NCBI GenBank assembly: GCA_045606105.1
Contig: JAZURI010000011.1
Location: 70,836 to 134,835, forward strand
DNA from: Spirochaetia bacterium
Lineage (GTDB): Bacteria; Spirochaetota; Spirochaetia; CADAEX01
DNA length: 64,000 bases
Reading direction: 5' to 3'
This document shows positions 42,055 to 51,941 of the stretch, in pieces; positions within the stretch are counted from its first letter, which is position 1, and the number at the start of each line of letters is the position of its first letter. Position numbers and translations under genes: made by a program. The notes under the pieces are model-generated. The model searched no databases. It was not told where the DNA came from and was given only the letters and a program-made list of their open reading frames with translations.

Positions 42055-42514
42055 GTTTCTTTTTTAAGGACTGCGCTACTGTTTCCAGAGCTCTCGGATC
42101 TGTTTTTCCGGCACTGAACAGAAGGCGCAGTATCTCTTTTCTAATATCCTCAGGATAAAGAGCCAGAACCTGACGGCTTTTTTCCTTTCCCGCATGCTTC
42201 AGAACCACAGCCGCAATTACGGCAGACTCCCCTTCAAGAGCTGCAAAAAGCCTGTCGGCATCGGTATTTTCCAGAAAGTCCATTGAATTCCTTTCCTTTT
42301 CGAAAGGGGTGTTATCCAATACGTTATGCCAGGTGAATCTCCTGTTTTTTGCAGAAAAGCTTTTGAGCTCCCTTAGTACTGAGTTATCTCCCTTGGGAGC
42401 AGCAGCACTTTTCAGCTTTTCCACCTCTTCGGAATCCAGATATGAAACTATTTCCCTGCATCTCTCCTCCCCCAGAAGGAACAGCAGTCCGGCAGCCTTT
42501 TCTTTTTTATCCAT
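42047..42514 (-). CDS. hypothetical protein (FliG/MgtE-N-like helical domain)
   Basis: 155 aa, all-helical composition; LFLLGEE…LDSEEVEKL resembles the FliG/MgtE N-terminal fold, with low confidence. Confidence 0.4.
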   Translation of the reverse strand: MDKKEKAAGLLFLLGEERCREIVSYLDSEEVEKLKSAAAPKGDNSVLRELKSFSAKNRRFTWHNVLDNTPFEKERNSMDFLENTDADRLFAALEGESAVIAAVVLKHAGKEKSRQVLALYPEDIRKEILRLLFSAGKTDPRALETVAQSLKKKLI

Positions 42515-42515
42515 A

Positions 42516-42575
42516 ATCAGATTATATTATACCCTTTTTTCCTCGTCCACCGTTTTTATAAAAAAGGGAATTGCC
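42516..42575. repeat. 60-bp direct repeat, copy 1 (orphan 3' end of the MFS gene)
   Basis: Identical over 60 bp to 43949-44008; read on the minus strand it encodes …AIPFFIKTVDEEKRV* without an upstream gene body. Confidence 0.9.
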
Positions 42576-42706
42576 AGGAATGAAAGATAATCTTGTAAAT
42601 AAATACTATCTATTAGGTAGTTATAAAGGTATTTAAATTTCTTCCAAAAAAAATTTTTTTATGATACTATCAAAAATACCTAAAACTACCAATGGAAAAA
42701 ATATAA

Positions 42707-43945
42707 ATGAATATTTTTATAAAAACAATAATAAAGAAAATTTGGAAATTCATTTTTAGAATCTGGAGATTTTTAAACAAAAAAGCAGAAGGACTAAATA
42801 GGAGAATTGATAAACCTAAAAGAATACTTCCCGAAACTGTTTTTATCGATAAAACATACAAAAATATTATTTCATCCCAAGGATTTTTATATAGCGGTTC
42901 TTCTACTTTGATAGGACTGTTTCAAGAATTTAATAATACAACAACATTAGGCATGCCTGATTATGTATATTCAGGAAAAAAAGTAAAGAAAGGAGCTGAA
43001 GTTCGTTTTTTTGCCGACTCAAATGTTTTTAACTTTATTGAAGCTTTTTACTCAGATAATGAAGTTTACCAAGATGCAGTTATAAAAAAATTTATTCGCT
43101 TTATAAACGTTGCATATTATAATAAAGGATTATACTCCTGGGATAAAAATCCTCTTGTTTATAATGAATTTTTTCTTAAGAATGCTTTAGATTTTCTTTT
43201 TGCCACATTGGAACTTGATGATAAATCAAAAATTCTGGCTGAAAAAAATCATCTTCCTCTCACCTGGAATTCAGCGGATGAAAAATATAAAGGCTATTCA
43301 TTTATGTTTGGAGAGGGCATTCATCAATATATATTTTATAAATATAAAAAAATAGAACCTAAGGTTTTTGAATTTCATGTAAAAAATTTCTTTTCTAATT
43401 TTTTTAATTCTGTACAAAGTAAAGATTATTTAATATGTGACCAATTACTAAACACTGTTAAACTTGATAAATTAGCAAAAATAAACCAATACCTAGATAC
43501 CCCTATTAAAACAATTAGTGTTATAAGGGATCCAAGAGATCAATATATTTCAGCTTTCAGACATAATGATACTTTTTATTTAAGTGATACATTAGACGGT
43601 TATGTAAACTTTTATTTATCAATGGTTCAACCTGTAATAAACAGTAACAACCCACATAGATTGGTACTCAGATTTGAAGATATTGTACTTAAATATGATG
43701 AATCAGTTCAAAAAATAATAGATTTTGTCGGCATAGATAAATCATGTCATATTGCCCCGAAATCAGTTTTCAATCCGGCATTATCGGTAGTTAATATAGG
43801 TGGATATAAAAAATTCCACAATCAGGATTTTATGAAACAAATTGAAGAGCGGTTACCTAACTTCTGTTATTATCCTGAAAAAGAAAATCTATCCGAAGAA
43901 GCATGGAAAATGCTTAAGGAAAATAATTTTAAAGAGCTGGAATAA
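42707..43945 (+). CDS. sulfotransferase-family protein (putative), in a strongly AT-rich insert
   Basis: 3'-phosphate-binding-like motif VIRDPRDQYISAF and a 5'-PSB-like YSGSSTL; the composition (Lys/Asn/Phe/Tyr-rich) matches the low G+C of the insert. Confidence 0.5.
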   Translation: MNIFIKTIIKKIWKFIFRIWRFLNKKAEGLNRRIDKPKRILPETVFIDKTYKNIISSQGFLYSGSSTLIGLFQEFNNTTTLGMPDYVYSGKKVKKGAEVRFFADSNVFNFIEAFYSDNEVYQDAVIKKFIRFINVAYYNKGLYSWDKNPLVYNEFFLKNALDFLFATLELDDKSKILAEKNHLPLTWNSADEKYKGYSFMFGEGIHQYIFYKYKKIEPKVFEFHVKNFFSNFFNSVQSKDYLICDQLLNTVKLDKLAKINQYLDTPIKTISVIRDPRDQYISAFRHNDTFYLSDTLDGYVNFYLSMVQPVINSNNPHRLVLRFEDIVLKYDESVQKIIDFVGIDKSCHIAPKSVFNPALSVVNIGGYKKFHNQDFMKQIEERLPNFCYYPEKENLSEEAWKMLKENNFKELE

Positions 43946-43948
43946 ATA

Positions 43949-44008
43949 ATTATACCCTTTTTTCCTCGTCCACCGTTTTTATAAAAAAGGGAATTGCCAG
44001 GAATGAAA
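43949..44008. repeat. 60-bp direct repeat, copy 2 (native 3' end of the MFS gene)
   Basis: Identical to 42516-42575; covers the stop codon and last 19 codons of the 43950-45170 gene. Confidence 0.9.
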
Positions 44009-45170
44009 AACCGCCTGTTACGGCAGGAATAAGCCAGTACAGAGTGTAGGATCCGCCGGTTCCGTCCATGACTGCGCCGCCCAGCATATAGCCCAGCAGA
44101 GATGCAGGGGCCGATATGGCCAGAGAATAGAACTGATGGAAGGCAGCCCTGTTTTCGGGCCGGCTGAAGGAGTCCAGATGGATGAAGGTACAGGAAAGGA
44201 ACAGAGCTGAAACCAGACCGTGACACAGGATTCCCGGTATTACGGCCCCCGGTCCGGGAGCAGCTGCAAAGATAAGATATTTGATCATGCAGAAAAAAGC
44301 TCCGGCCCCCATGACCTTTCCCACTCCGAATCGGTTCAGGAAATGTCCCATGAAAACCATGACCGCCACCTCGGTTATCATTCCCAGAGAAATGACCAGG
44401 GCTATGTTTCCCTCCGGAAGTCCCATATCCTTAAGAAAAGGGGCAGCTCCCATAAAATAATAGTGATCCTGCATTGTCATGAAAATACAGATTACCATGA
44501 ATCCCAGGAACTGAAGCTTCACTCCCCGCTCCATACTGCAGAGACTGCGGAAAAAATTCTCCCCTTTCACCCTTCCCTGCTGGCTTCTGTCCTGCCTGAA
44601 ATGACAAAGTCCCCTGAAAATGATCAGTGCACTGAGAAAAGCGGCCCCTCCGGCCACATGGAAAAGTCCTCCGAAGTTTCTTTCAAAGGGGAGCGCCACT
44701 GCAGGATTCATCCAGATACAGGAAAAAAATACTGCAGCTCCTATCCAGCCCAGAGTTCCCCAGACACGGAATTTTCCGTAGTCGTTTCTTCCCCTGCCGG
44801 AAAGATTTCTGAAGGTCAGTGCATTTATAAGGGCAAAATCGGGTTTGTGAAAAATATTGAATATGAAAAAAAGGAAAAATACCGGAGCAAAGGAGCGGAA
44901 GAAGGGAATAAGTGACAGAACCAGGAAAACTGCCAGCTCGTTCATCATCAGCAGCCTTTCCACCCTGATTACCCGGTCAGCAAGAAAAATCAGTATCAGC
45001 GGCGAAAGGAATGCAGCTATGGTTTCAGTGGTCAGTATCAGACCGGTCTGAATGCCCCCGAAGCCCAGATAATCCCGGCAGTAAAGACTGGTAAGGGAAA
45101 GCAATGTCCCCTTGATTACAAATTCGAGAAAAAAAAGTGAGGATAGAACAGCTGCAGTTCTTTTATTCAT
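43950..45170 (-). CDS. MFS transporter
   Basis: 12 predicted TM helices; MFS loop motif region (FLADRVIR). Confidence 0.7.
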   Translation of the reverse strand: MNKRTAAVLSSLFFLEFVIKGTLLSLTSLYCRDYLGFGGIQTGLILTTETIAAFLSPLILIFLADRVIRVERLLMMNELAVFLVLSLIPFFRSFAPVFFLFFIFNIFHKPDFALINALTFRNLSGRGRNDYGKFRVWGTLGWIGAAVFFSCIWMNPAVALPFERNFGGLFHVAGGAAFLSALIIFRGLCHFRQDRSQQGRVKGENFFRSLCSMERGVKLQFLGFMVICIFMTMQDHYYFMGAAPFLKDMGLPEGNIALVISLGMITEVAVMVFMGHFLNRFGVGKVMGAGAFFCMIKYLIFAAAPGPGAVIPGILCHGLVSALFLSCTFIHLDSFSRPENRAAFHQFYSLAISAPASLLGYMLGGAVMDGTGGSYTLYWLIPAVTGGFSFLAIPFFIKTVDEEKRV

Positions 45171-45172
45171 CC

Positions 45173-47368
45173 CTATTCCCTGAACTTATCAGGCAGGTGG
45201 AGAATTTCCCTTGGCTTGCTTCCGTTGGCCGGGCCTATTATCCCCCTGGCCTCCATCTCTTCTATAAGGCGTGCCGCCCTGTTATAGCCTATGGAGAGCC
45301 GGCGCTGGAGATATGATGCAGAGGCTTTTCCCGTGGAGGCCACAACACCCAGGGCCCTGTCGAAAAGGGAATCCCCTTCTGAGCCGGTATAGCAGTCACT
45401 GTCACCCAGATCGTCATCATCCATGAATATCTCATCATCGATATATTCCGGTTCACCCATTTTCCTGACCTCGGAAACAAGTCTTTCAACCTCTTCGTCG
45501 GAAAGGAAGGCACTCTGGATTCTTGTTATGTTCGGATCCCATGAGGATTTGAAAAGCATGTCACCCTTGCCCAGCAGCATTTCGGCACCGCCGCTGTCCA
45601 GAATAACCCTGGAATCGGTATAGCTGGCTACCATGAAGGCAATTCTCGACGGAATATTGGCCTTGATGACACCGGTAATGACATCAACGGAAGGTCTCTG
45701 GGTTGCCAGCACCAGATGGATACCTACTGCCCTGGCCTTGGCTGTAAGGCGTGAAACCGCAGGCTCAAGCTCCTTTCCGGAGGTAAGCATGAGATCGGCA
45801 AACTCATCTATGATAACCAGGATATAAGGAAGCGGTTCCAATGCTATCCTGTTGGCCTTGATTTTCTTGTTGAAAGCTTCAATATTGCGGACATCGATGG
45901 TTTCAAGCAGCGAATAACGCCTTTCCATTTCGGCAATACAGTAATTCAGGGCCTGAAGTGCCTTTTTCGGATCGGTGATAACCGGTGTAAGCAGATGCGG
46001 TACACCGTTGTACATCTTCAGCTCAACCACCTTAGGGTCGATAAGTATCATCTTCACATCATCGGGATGCTTCTTGTAGAGAATGGTGGAAATCAGGGCA
46101 TTTACACAGACCGATTTTCCTGAGCCTGTGGCACCGGCTATAAGAATATGAGGTGTCCTGGCCAGATCGATAACCTGGGCATCTCCCTCAATATCCCTTC
46201 CCAGAATGAACGGAACCGCCGCCTTGTCAAGGTCGGGATTCTTCCGGCTTATAAGCTCCTTGAAGCCTACTATGCTCCTTTTCATGTTAGGGATTTCCAC
46301 CCCGACAGCCCTTTTTCCCGGTATCGGAGCCACTATTCTTACACTTCTGGCTGCCATGTTGAGGGCAATGTTGTCGGCCAATCCCGCAATCTTGGAAACA
46401 TTGACTCCCGATGCAGGAAGAATCTCGAACATGGTGATTACAGGCCCTTTCCTGATGCCTGTGATCTTGGCCTCTATCTTGAATTCACGGAGAGTGCCCA
46501 GAAGGATTTCCGCATCCTCACGGGTTTCGTCGGTTATATCAAAGGCCTGGTCGTTGCTTCTGTCCTCCAGCACCTCGTCCACCGGAATCTCATATTTTGC
46601 CCTTCTTTTACGGTGAACCATGGGTATCGGTTTATCATCGGACGGAATTTCGATAACAATGTCATCCTCTTCAGGCTCCGGAACAGGCCGGGCTTCAGGC
46701 AGCTGCTCAGGCTCTTCACGGTATCCGATGCCGGAATTGAATTCACTGAAACTGATATCAACCGGCTCATCATCAGCCTGCCCCTCTGGAACAGGTACCT
46801 TTTCAAAGCCCATCTTTATATAGGATTCGGGCGGAAGCTCAGGCTCAGGTGCTGCTTCGGTACTCTCTGCTTCCATATCGGAGAAAATGTCATTTTCGCG
46901 GAGCTTCTCCTCCCACTCATCAAGTTCCTCTTCGTATTTCTCATCTTCCTCTTCACGGGATGAACCGAAGCTGAAGGAGAAACGGTCCCTGAAAAAGAGA
47001 ACCAGGATTCCGTATATTTCTGCTATAAAAAAGAATGCAATCAGGATTGAGTAAACTACCTTCAGGGCATCATCGCCGGCTATTACACGGCAGAACCATG
47101 CGGCTGTGACAAACGGAATGACAGAGGAAAGCTGTATATATATAACTTTCCGGCTGAAGCCATCGAAAAGAAGGTATATTCCGCTGAACAGAAAGTAGAG
47201 GGGAACATAGAAGGAGGCCTGAAGAAAACGGTCGTAGAGAAAGGTTCCCACTGTAGTAAGGCTCAATACCCGGTTCCCTCCGGCTGCAGCTGCAATGGCA
47301 AGAGTCGTAAAAACTGACAGAAACAACAGCAAGGCAGAAGTTATGATTGTTTTTTTAGTTTTGTTCAA
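45173..47368 (-). CDS. ftsK: DNA translocase FtsK
   Basis: N-terminal TM helices, acidic/proline-rich linker, motor domain with Walker A GATGSGKS and C-terminal gamma (winged-helix) domain. Confidence 0.9.
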   Translation of the reverse strand: MNKTKKTIITSALLLFLSVFTTLAIAAAAGGNRVLSLTTVGTFLYDRFLQASFYVPLYFLFSGIYLLFDGFSRKVIYIQLSSVIPFVTAAWFCRVIAGDDALKVVYSILIAFFFIAEIYGILVLFFRDRFSFSFGSSREEEDEKYEEELDEWEEKLRENDIFSDMEAESTEAAPEPELPPESYIKMGFEKVPVPEGQADDEPVDISFSEFNSGIGYREEPEQLPEARPVPEPEEDDIVIEIPSDDKPIPMVHRKRRAKYEIPVDEVLEDRSNDQAFDITDETREDAEILLGTLREFKIEAKITGIRKGPVITMFEILPASGVNVSKIAGLADNIALNMAARSVRIVAPIPGKRAVGVEIPNMKRSIVGFKELISRKNPDLDKAAVPFILGRDIEGDAQVIDLARTPHILIAGATGSGKSVCVNALISTILYKKHPDDVKMILIDPKVVELKMYNGVPHLLTPVITDPKKALQALNYCIAEMERRYSLLETIDVRNIEAFNKKIKANRIALEPLPYILVIIDEFADLMLTSGKELEPAVSRLTAKARAVGIHLVLATQRPSVDVITGVIKANIPSRIAFMVASYTDSRVILDSGGAEMLLGKGDMLFKSSWDPNITRIQSAFLSDEEVERLVSEVRKMGEPEYIDDEIFMDDDDLGDSDCYTGSEGDSLFDRALGVVASTGKASASYLQRRLSIGYNRAARLIEEMEARGIIGPANGSKPREILHLPDKFRE

Positions 47369-47379
47369 AATTCCTCCGG

Positions 47380-48273
47380 TTATCGGACTCTGATCATCAG
47401 GATGGTTCCTGGGTAAATTTTAGTCGGATCGGCAATACGGTTTTCCCGTGCGATCTCAAGATACATGTACGGATCTATGCAGAAGGTTCTGGCTATGGAC
47501 CAGAGAGTATCACCGTACCTGACTTTATATCTGATATATTCAGGTACATAATATATCGGCTGAGGTGGTGTTGCAGGAGGCACAGGAGGTCTGTGGTACG
47601 GACATCCGTGATATACCGGCGGATAGCAATGTACAGGGGGCTGCGGTGCAGGCTCATGTACTGCCGGAGGGGGAGCAACAGGCTCTGATACAACCGGTTC
47701 CGGTATAGGTTCCGGCTCAGGTATCGGTTCAGGGGCTGCAGGGACAGGCTCCGGTGCAGGCTCGCTGAACATGACCACAGTTCCCTTTTCGGTTACGGCC
47801 GGCATGTTGACCACGGCATATACCACCACTCCCGAAAGGAATGCCAGTATTACGGTCATTACAAAAAGAAGAATCTGGAGATTACGGACAGTCCTGTCGA
47901 TAACCGGGCTGCAGGCAGCACCTGAAACAGGTCTGCTGACAGGAGCCGGCCTCTCTGCAGGCTCAGGTTCAGGCTTCTTTTCCGGTTCAGGTGCCGGCAG
48001 CACGGCATTGAGGATTCCCCTGTTTCCGGTACGGGTGTCGGTGGCTGTGGCTATGAGGGTCCGCCCCACACTTTCCATTATCAGCTCTATGTCGGAATCA
48101 TCCTTTATCCCGTCAAGAAATATGGAACCGAGGTGATAGTCATCGGACAAAAAATCAATCCTGACCTTTTCCTGCCCCTTGTTGGCGGCAGTCAGGACTA
48201 TTTTTCTGCGACCTGAATTTTCTTCGAGAACAGGAAAAAAGCTTCCGTCCGCGATTCTTATTCCTATCATCAC
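47380..48273 (-). CDS. LysM domain protein with proline-rich linker
   Basis: C-terminal LysM (YKVRYGDTLWSIAR…IYPGTILMI); PEP-repeat low-complexity middle region. Confidence 0.7.
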   Translation of the reverse strand: MMIGIRIADGSFFPVLEENSGRRKIVLTAANKGQEKVRIDFLSDDYHLGSIFLDGIKDDSDIELIMESVGRTLIATATDTRTGNRGILNAVLPAPEPEKKPEPEPAERPAPVSRPVSGAACSPVIDRTVRNLQILLFVMTVILAFLSGVVVYAVVNMPAVTEKGTVVMFSEPAPEPVPAAPEPIPEPEPIPEPVVSEPVAPPPAVHEPAPQPPVHCYPPVYHGCPYHRPPVPPATPPQPIYYVPEYIRYKVRYGDTLWSIARTFCIDPYMYLEIARENRIADPTKIYPGTILMIRVR

Positions 48274-48343
48274 CTCTCCTGTTTAAAAAATACATTGAGT
48301 TAAAGTTATTGTCAATCATTATATAATTCTATATTATAAAGCC

Positions 48344-49567
48344 ATGATCAGAATTAACGAAAACTATAACAGACTGCAGACTTCCTATCTGTTCTCAGAT
48401 ATTTCAAAGAAGATTGCAGCTTTCCAGAAAGAAAATCCTGAAAAGGAAATAATCAAGATGGGTATCGGAGATGTTACCCTTCCTCTTCCTGAAGTATGTA
48501 TCAAGGCACTTCACAAGGCTGCCGACGAGCTTTCATGCAAGGAGAGCTTCAAGGGCTACGGTCCTGAACAGGGCTACGATTTCCTCAGAAGCGCTGTGGC
48601 AGAAAACGATTTCAATTCCAGAGGAGCCGATATCAAGGCAGATGAGGTTTTCATCAGCGACGGTGCAAAATGCGATACAGGAAACTTCCAGGAGCTTTTC
48701 TCCAAGGATATCAAGGTAGCCATTCCCGATCCTGTTTACCCTGTATATTCAGATACAAACGTAATGGCAGGAAGAAGCGGCGAGTTCGTGAACGGCAGAT
48801 ATGCAGACTATATCTACCTGGATTCCACAGAAGCCAACAACTATGTTCCGGACCTTCCTAAGGAAAAGGCAGACCTTATCTATCTCTGCTTCCCTAACAA
48901 CCCTACAGGCTCAACAGCAACCAAGGAACAGCTGAAGAAATGGGTGGACTATGCAAGAGAAAACAAGTCACTTATCCTTTTCGATGCGGCATACGAATGC
49001 TTTATCAGGGACGAATCCCTTCCTAAATCCATTTTCGAGATCGAGGGTGCAAAGGAAGTGGCAGTAGAATTCAGAAGCTTCTCAAAGACAGCAGGCTTTA
49101 CCGGTGTAAGATGCGGATTCACCGTAATTCCAAAAGAATGCAAGGTTTGGGACGAAGCCGGAAAGGAATATTCTCTCCACGCACTCTGGAACAGAAGACA
49201 CACAACCAAGTTCAACGGTGCTTCATATCCTGTCCAGAAGGCTGCAGAGGCAGTCTACACTCCTGAAGGAAAGGCTCAGGTAAGAGCTCTTACCGATTAT
49301 TATCTGGGAAATGCAAAGCTTATCAAGGAAGCGGTTCTTTCAACAGGGCTCAGATGTACAGGCGGCGACAACTCCCCTTATGTATGGGTGAACACACAGA
49401 AGGATTCATGGGAATTTTTCGACCTTCTCCTGAAGGAATGCGGAATCGTATGTACTCCGGGTTCAGGCTTCGGAAGCTGCGGAAACGGCTATGTACGCTT
49501 CAGTGCCTTTAACTCCAGGGAGAACACAGAAAAGGCCATGGAGAAGCTGGTAAGATTTCTTAAATAA
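48344..49567 (+). CDS. dapL: LL-diaminopimelate aminotransferase
   Basis: DapL-type N-terminus (MIRINENYNRLQTSYLFSDI) and PLP lysine region (SFSKTAGFTGVRCG). Confidence 0.8.
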   Translation: MIRINENYNRLQTSYLFSDISKKIAAFQKENPEKEIIKMGIGDVTLPLPEVCIKALHKAADELSCKESFKGYGPEQGYDFLRSAVAENDFNSRGADIKADEVFISDGAKCDTGNFQELFSKDIKVAIPDPVYPVYSDTNVMAGRSGEFVNGRYADYIYLDSTEANNYVPDLPKEKADLIYLCFPNNPTGSTATKEQLKKWVDYARENKSLILFDAAYECFIRDESLPKSIFEIEGAKEVAVEFRSFSKTAGFTGVRCGFTVIPKECKVWDEAGKEYSLHALWNRRHTTKFNGASYPVQKAAEAVYTPEGKAQVRALTDYYLGNAKLIKEAVLSTGLRCTGGDNSPYVWVNTQKDSWEFFDLLLKECGIVCTPGSGFGSCGNGYVRFSAFNSRENTEKAMEKLVRFLK

Positions 49568-49604
49568 AACTTGATTTACGGACCGATAGGTTCTATAATC
49601 AAAA

Positions 49605-49740
49605 ATACAACGGGAGCTTGTGAGACAGGCTGAGATAAGGGTGTCACCCTTGACCGGTTACCTGATTTGGATAATGCCAACGTAGGGACATAAATTGCAG
49701 AAAAGCAGATATGCCATACAGGGCGGTCTGCTTTTTTTTT
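49605..49740 (+). promoter_or_regulatory. TPP (THI-box) riboswitch with terminator-type expression platform
   Basis: Conserved THI-box elements CTGAGA…ACCTGATTTGGATAATGCCAACGTAGGGA, followed by the AGCAGA…TCTGCTTTTTTTTT hairpin plus T-run, immediately upstream of thiM. Confidence 0.8.
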
Positions 49741-49783
49741 GCCCCGGTACCGGATCCCGATATTTACCTTTCAGGAGGAATAA

Positions 49784-50605
49784 ATGTTAGGAATTTACTT
49801 GGAAAACGTGAGAAAAAAAAGACCTCTGGTATGTAACATAACCAATTATGTTACAGTGAACGATGTGGCCAACATACTTCTGGCCTCGGGAGGAAGTCCC
49901 ATCATGACCGACGAGCCTGATGACCTGACCGATATCGTGACTATCTGCGGAGGACTGAACATAAACATAGGTACCCTCAACAAGAGAACCATCGAGGGGA
50001 TGCACAGAGCGGGAGAAACTGCCGTCAGGACCGGAATCCCGGTACTTCTGGACCCGGTGGGGGCAGGTGCAGGAAGATTGAGAACCGAAACTGCCCTGGA
50101 TATCATGGAAAAATACAGACCTGCCGTAATCAGGGGAAATGTATCGGAAATAAAGGCGCTGGCCATGGGCTCAGGCTCCACCAAGGGGGTGGATGCAGAT
50201 GCGGCAGATGCAGTGACAGAAGCCAATCTGGACTACATGGTCTCCTTTGCAAAGGGGCTTGCCGGAAAAACCGGAGCGGTAACAGTAATTACCGGAGCCA
50301 TTGACCTGGTGGCAGACAGCGGAAGATGCTACGTAATCCGTAACGGACGGCCCGAAATGAGCGGCATTACGGGAACAGGCTGCATGCTTTCCGGCATGAT
50401 GACAGCATATATAGCCGCAAACAGGGAAAACATTACCGAGGCGGCTGCCGCTGCAGTGGTTCTTATGGGCATTGCGGGGGAAATCGGATATGAGAACCTG
50501 CTTCCCGGGGAAGGAAACTCCACCTACAGGAACAGGATCATAGATGCAATCTGCCATATTGATGCAGAAACATTGGAGAAAAGAGCAAAATATGAAGTGC
50601 GGTAA
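49784..50605 (+). CDS. thiM: hydroxyethylthiazole kinase
   Basis: ThiM N-terminal signature (…RPLVCNITNYVTVNDVANILLASGGSPIM…); RBS AGGAGG. Confidence 0.85.
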   Translation: MLGIYLENVRKKRPLVCNITNYVTVNDVANILLASGGSPIMTDEPDDLTDIVTICGGLNINIGTLNKRTIEGMHRAGETAVRTGIPVLLDPVGAGAGRLRTETALDIMEKYRPAVIRGNVSEIKALAMGSGSTKGVDADAADAVTEANLDYMVSFAKGLAGKTGAVTVITGAIDLVADSGRCYVIRNGRPEMSGITGTGCMLSGMMTAYIAANRENITEAAAAAVVLMGIAGEIGYENLLPGEGNSTYRNRIIDAICHIDAETLEKRAKYEVR

Positions 50606-51233
50606 AAAGGAGCTTCTCCTTTATGCGGTAACAGACAGAAGCTGGCTCAGGGGAGCAAGCCTCAGGGAGCATACGGAGCTGGCAATCAAAGGGGGTGCAA
50701 CCTTTGTTCAGCTGAGGGAAAAGGAGCTGGAATACGGTGAATTTCTCAAGGAAGCAAGGGAGCTCAAGGAGCTGTGCGGAAGGTACGGTGTTCCGTTTGT
50801 GATAAACGACAATGTGAAGCTGGCCCTGGAAATGGATGCAGACGGTGTCCATGTGGGTCAGAGCGACATGGAGGCCGGCGATGTGCGCCGGCTTATCGGC
50901 CCGGACAAAATACTGGGAGTTTCGGCCCAGACAGTGGAGCAGGCTCTTCTGGCAGAAGCCAAGGGGGCCGATTACCTGGGTGTAGGGGCGGTTTTCCCTA
51001 CCGGTTCCAAGGCCGATGCCCAGGATGTCAGCTACGATACCCTCCGGGATATCTGCCGGGCGGTAAGTATTCCGGTAATAGCCATCGGAGGAATCGGAAA
51101 ACATAACGTAATGAAGCTATCCGGCAGCGGCATCTGCGGTGTGGCGGTAATAAGTGCCATATTTGCGGCAGATGACATTGAACAGGCAACCCGGGAGCTG
51201 AGAAAAACTACGGAGGAGATGGTTTCGGAATGA
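50592..51233 (+). CDS. thiE: thiamine-phosphate synthase
   Basis: LLYAVTD…GATFVQLREKEL…VPFVINDNV signature; start placed at MKCGKK. Confidence 0.85.
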   Translation: MKCGKKELLLYAVTDRSWLRGASLREHTELAIKGGATFVQLREKELEYGEFLKEARELKELCGRYGVPFVINDNVKLALEMDADGVHVGQSDMEAGDVRRLIGPDKILGVSAQTVEQALLAEAKGADYLGVGAVFPTGSKADAQDVSYDTLRDICRAVSIPVIAIGGIGKHNVMKLSGSGICGVAVISAIFAADDIEQATRELRKTTEEMVSE

Positions 51234-51865
51234 TAAAAGGGGCAATTTTCGATCTGGACGGCACACTGCTGGATTCCACCCCCATGTGGTATACCATCGG
51301 GAAGAAATATCTGGCCGGGCTGGGAAAAGAGGCGGCACCGGGACTGGACGACACCATCCATGCCATGAGCCTTTATCAGGCAGCCTGCTACCTCAGGGAT
51401 GAATACCATCTGGACAAGAGTGCGGAAGAAATAATGGCCGATATCAACAACATGATAAGCAGCTTTTATTTCGAGGAGCTGGAGCTGAAGGAGGGAGCCG
51501 GGGATTTTATCCGGTACATGGCAGAAAACGGCATAAGAATGTGCATTGCCACCGCCACAGACCGGCCTTATGTGGAGGCTGCCCTGACAAGATGCGGAAT
51601 CAGGGATTACTTTTCCGGAATCCTGACCTGCACCGAGGTGAGACACGGCAAGGATGAGCCCCACATATTCAGACAGGGACTTGAACTTCTGGGAACAGAC
51701 CGGGAAAACACCCTGGTATTCGAGGATTCCTGCTATGCGGTACTTACTGCCGTAAAGGACGGCTTCCGGGTAATCGGCATCCATGACAGTCAGGAAAAAA
51801 GACAGGAAGAGATAAAGGCAAATACAGAGAAATACATAAAGGATTTTTCCGAATTCAGTTTATAA
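51230..51865 (+). CDS. HAD-family hydrolase (candidate thiamine-phosphate phosphatase)
   Basis: HAD motif I FDLDGTLLDS; the proposed function is inferred from operon context only. Confidence 0.7.
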   Translation: MIKGAIFDLDGTLLDSTPMWYTIGKKYLAGLGKEAAPGLDDTIHAMSLYQAACYLRDEYHLDKSAEEIMADINNMISSFYFEELELKEGAGDFIRYMAENGIRMCIATATDRPYVEAALTRCGIRDYFSGILTCTEVRHGKDEPHIFRQGLELLGTDRENTLVFEDSCYAVLTAVKDGFRVIGIHDSQEKRQEEIKANTEKYIKDFSEFSL

Positions 51866-51941
51866 ACCGGAAACAGACCGGAGCGGCAGACCGGGGGCAC
51901 CACTCTCTGTCGCTATATAAAAATAATGCAAAGGAGCAGAT

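Noticed and set aside
50538-51784. Two minus-strand ORFs of 188 and 250 aa overlapping thiE and the HAD gene
   Set aside because: Antisense to riboswitch-controlled thi genes with clear family motifs; no independent signals.
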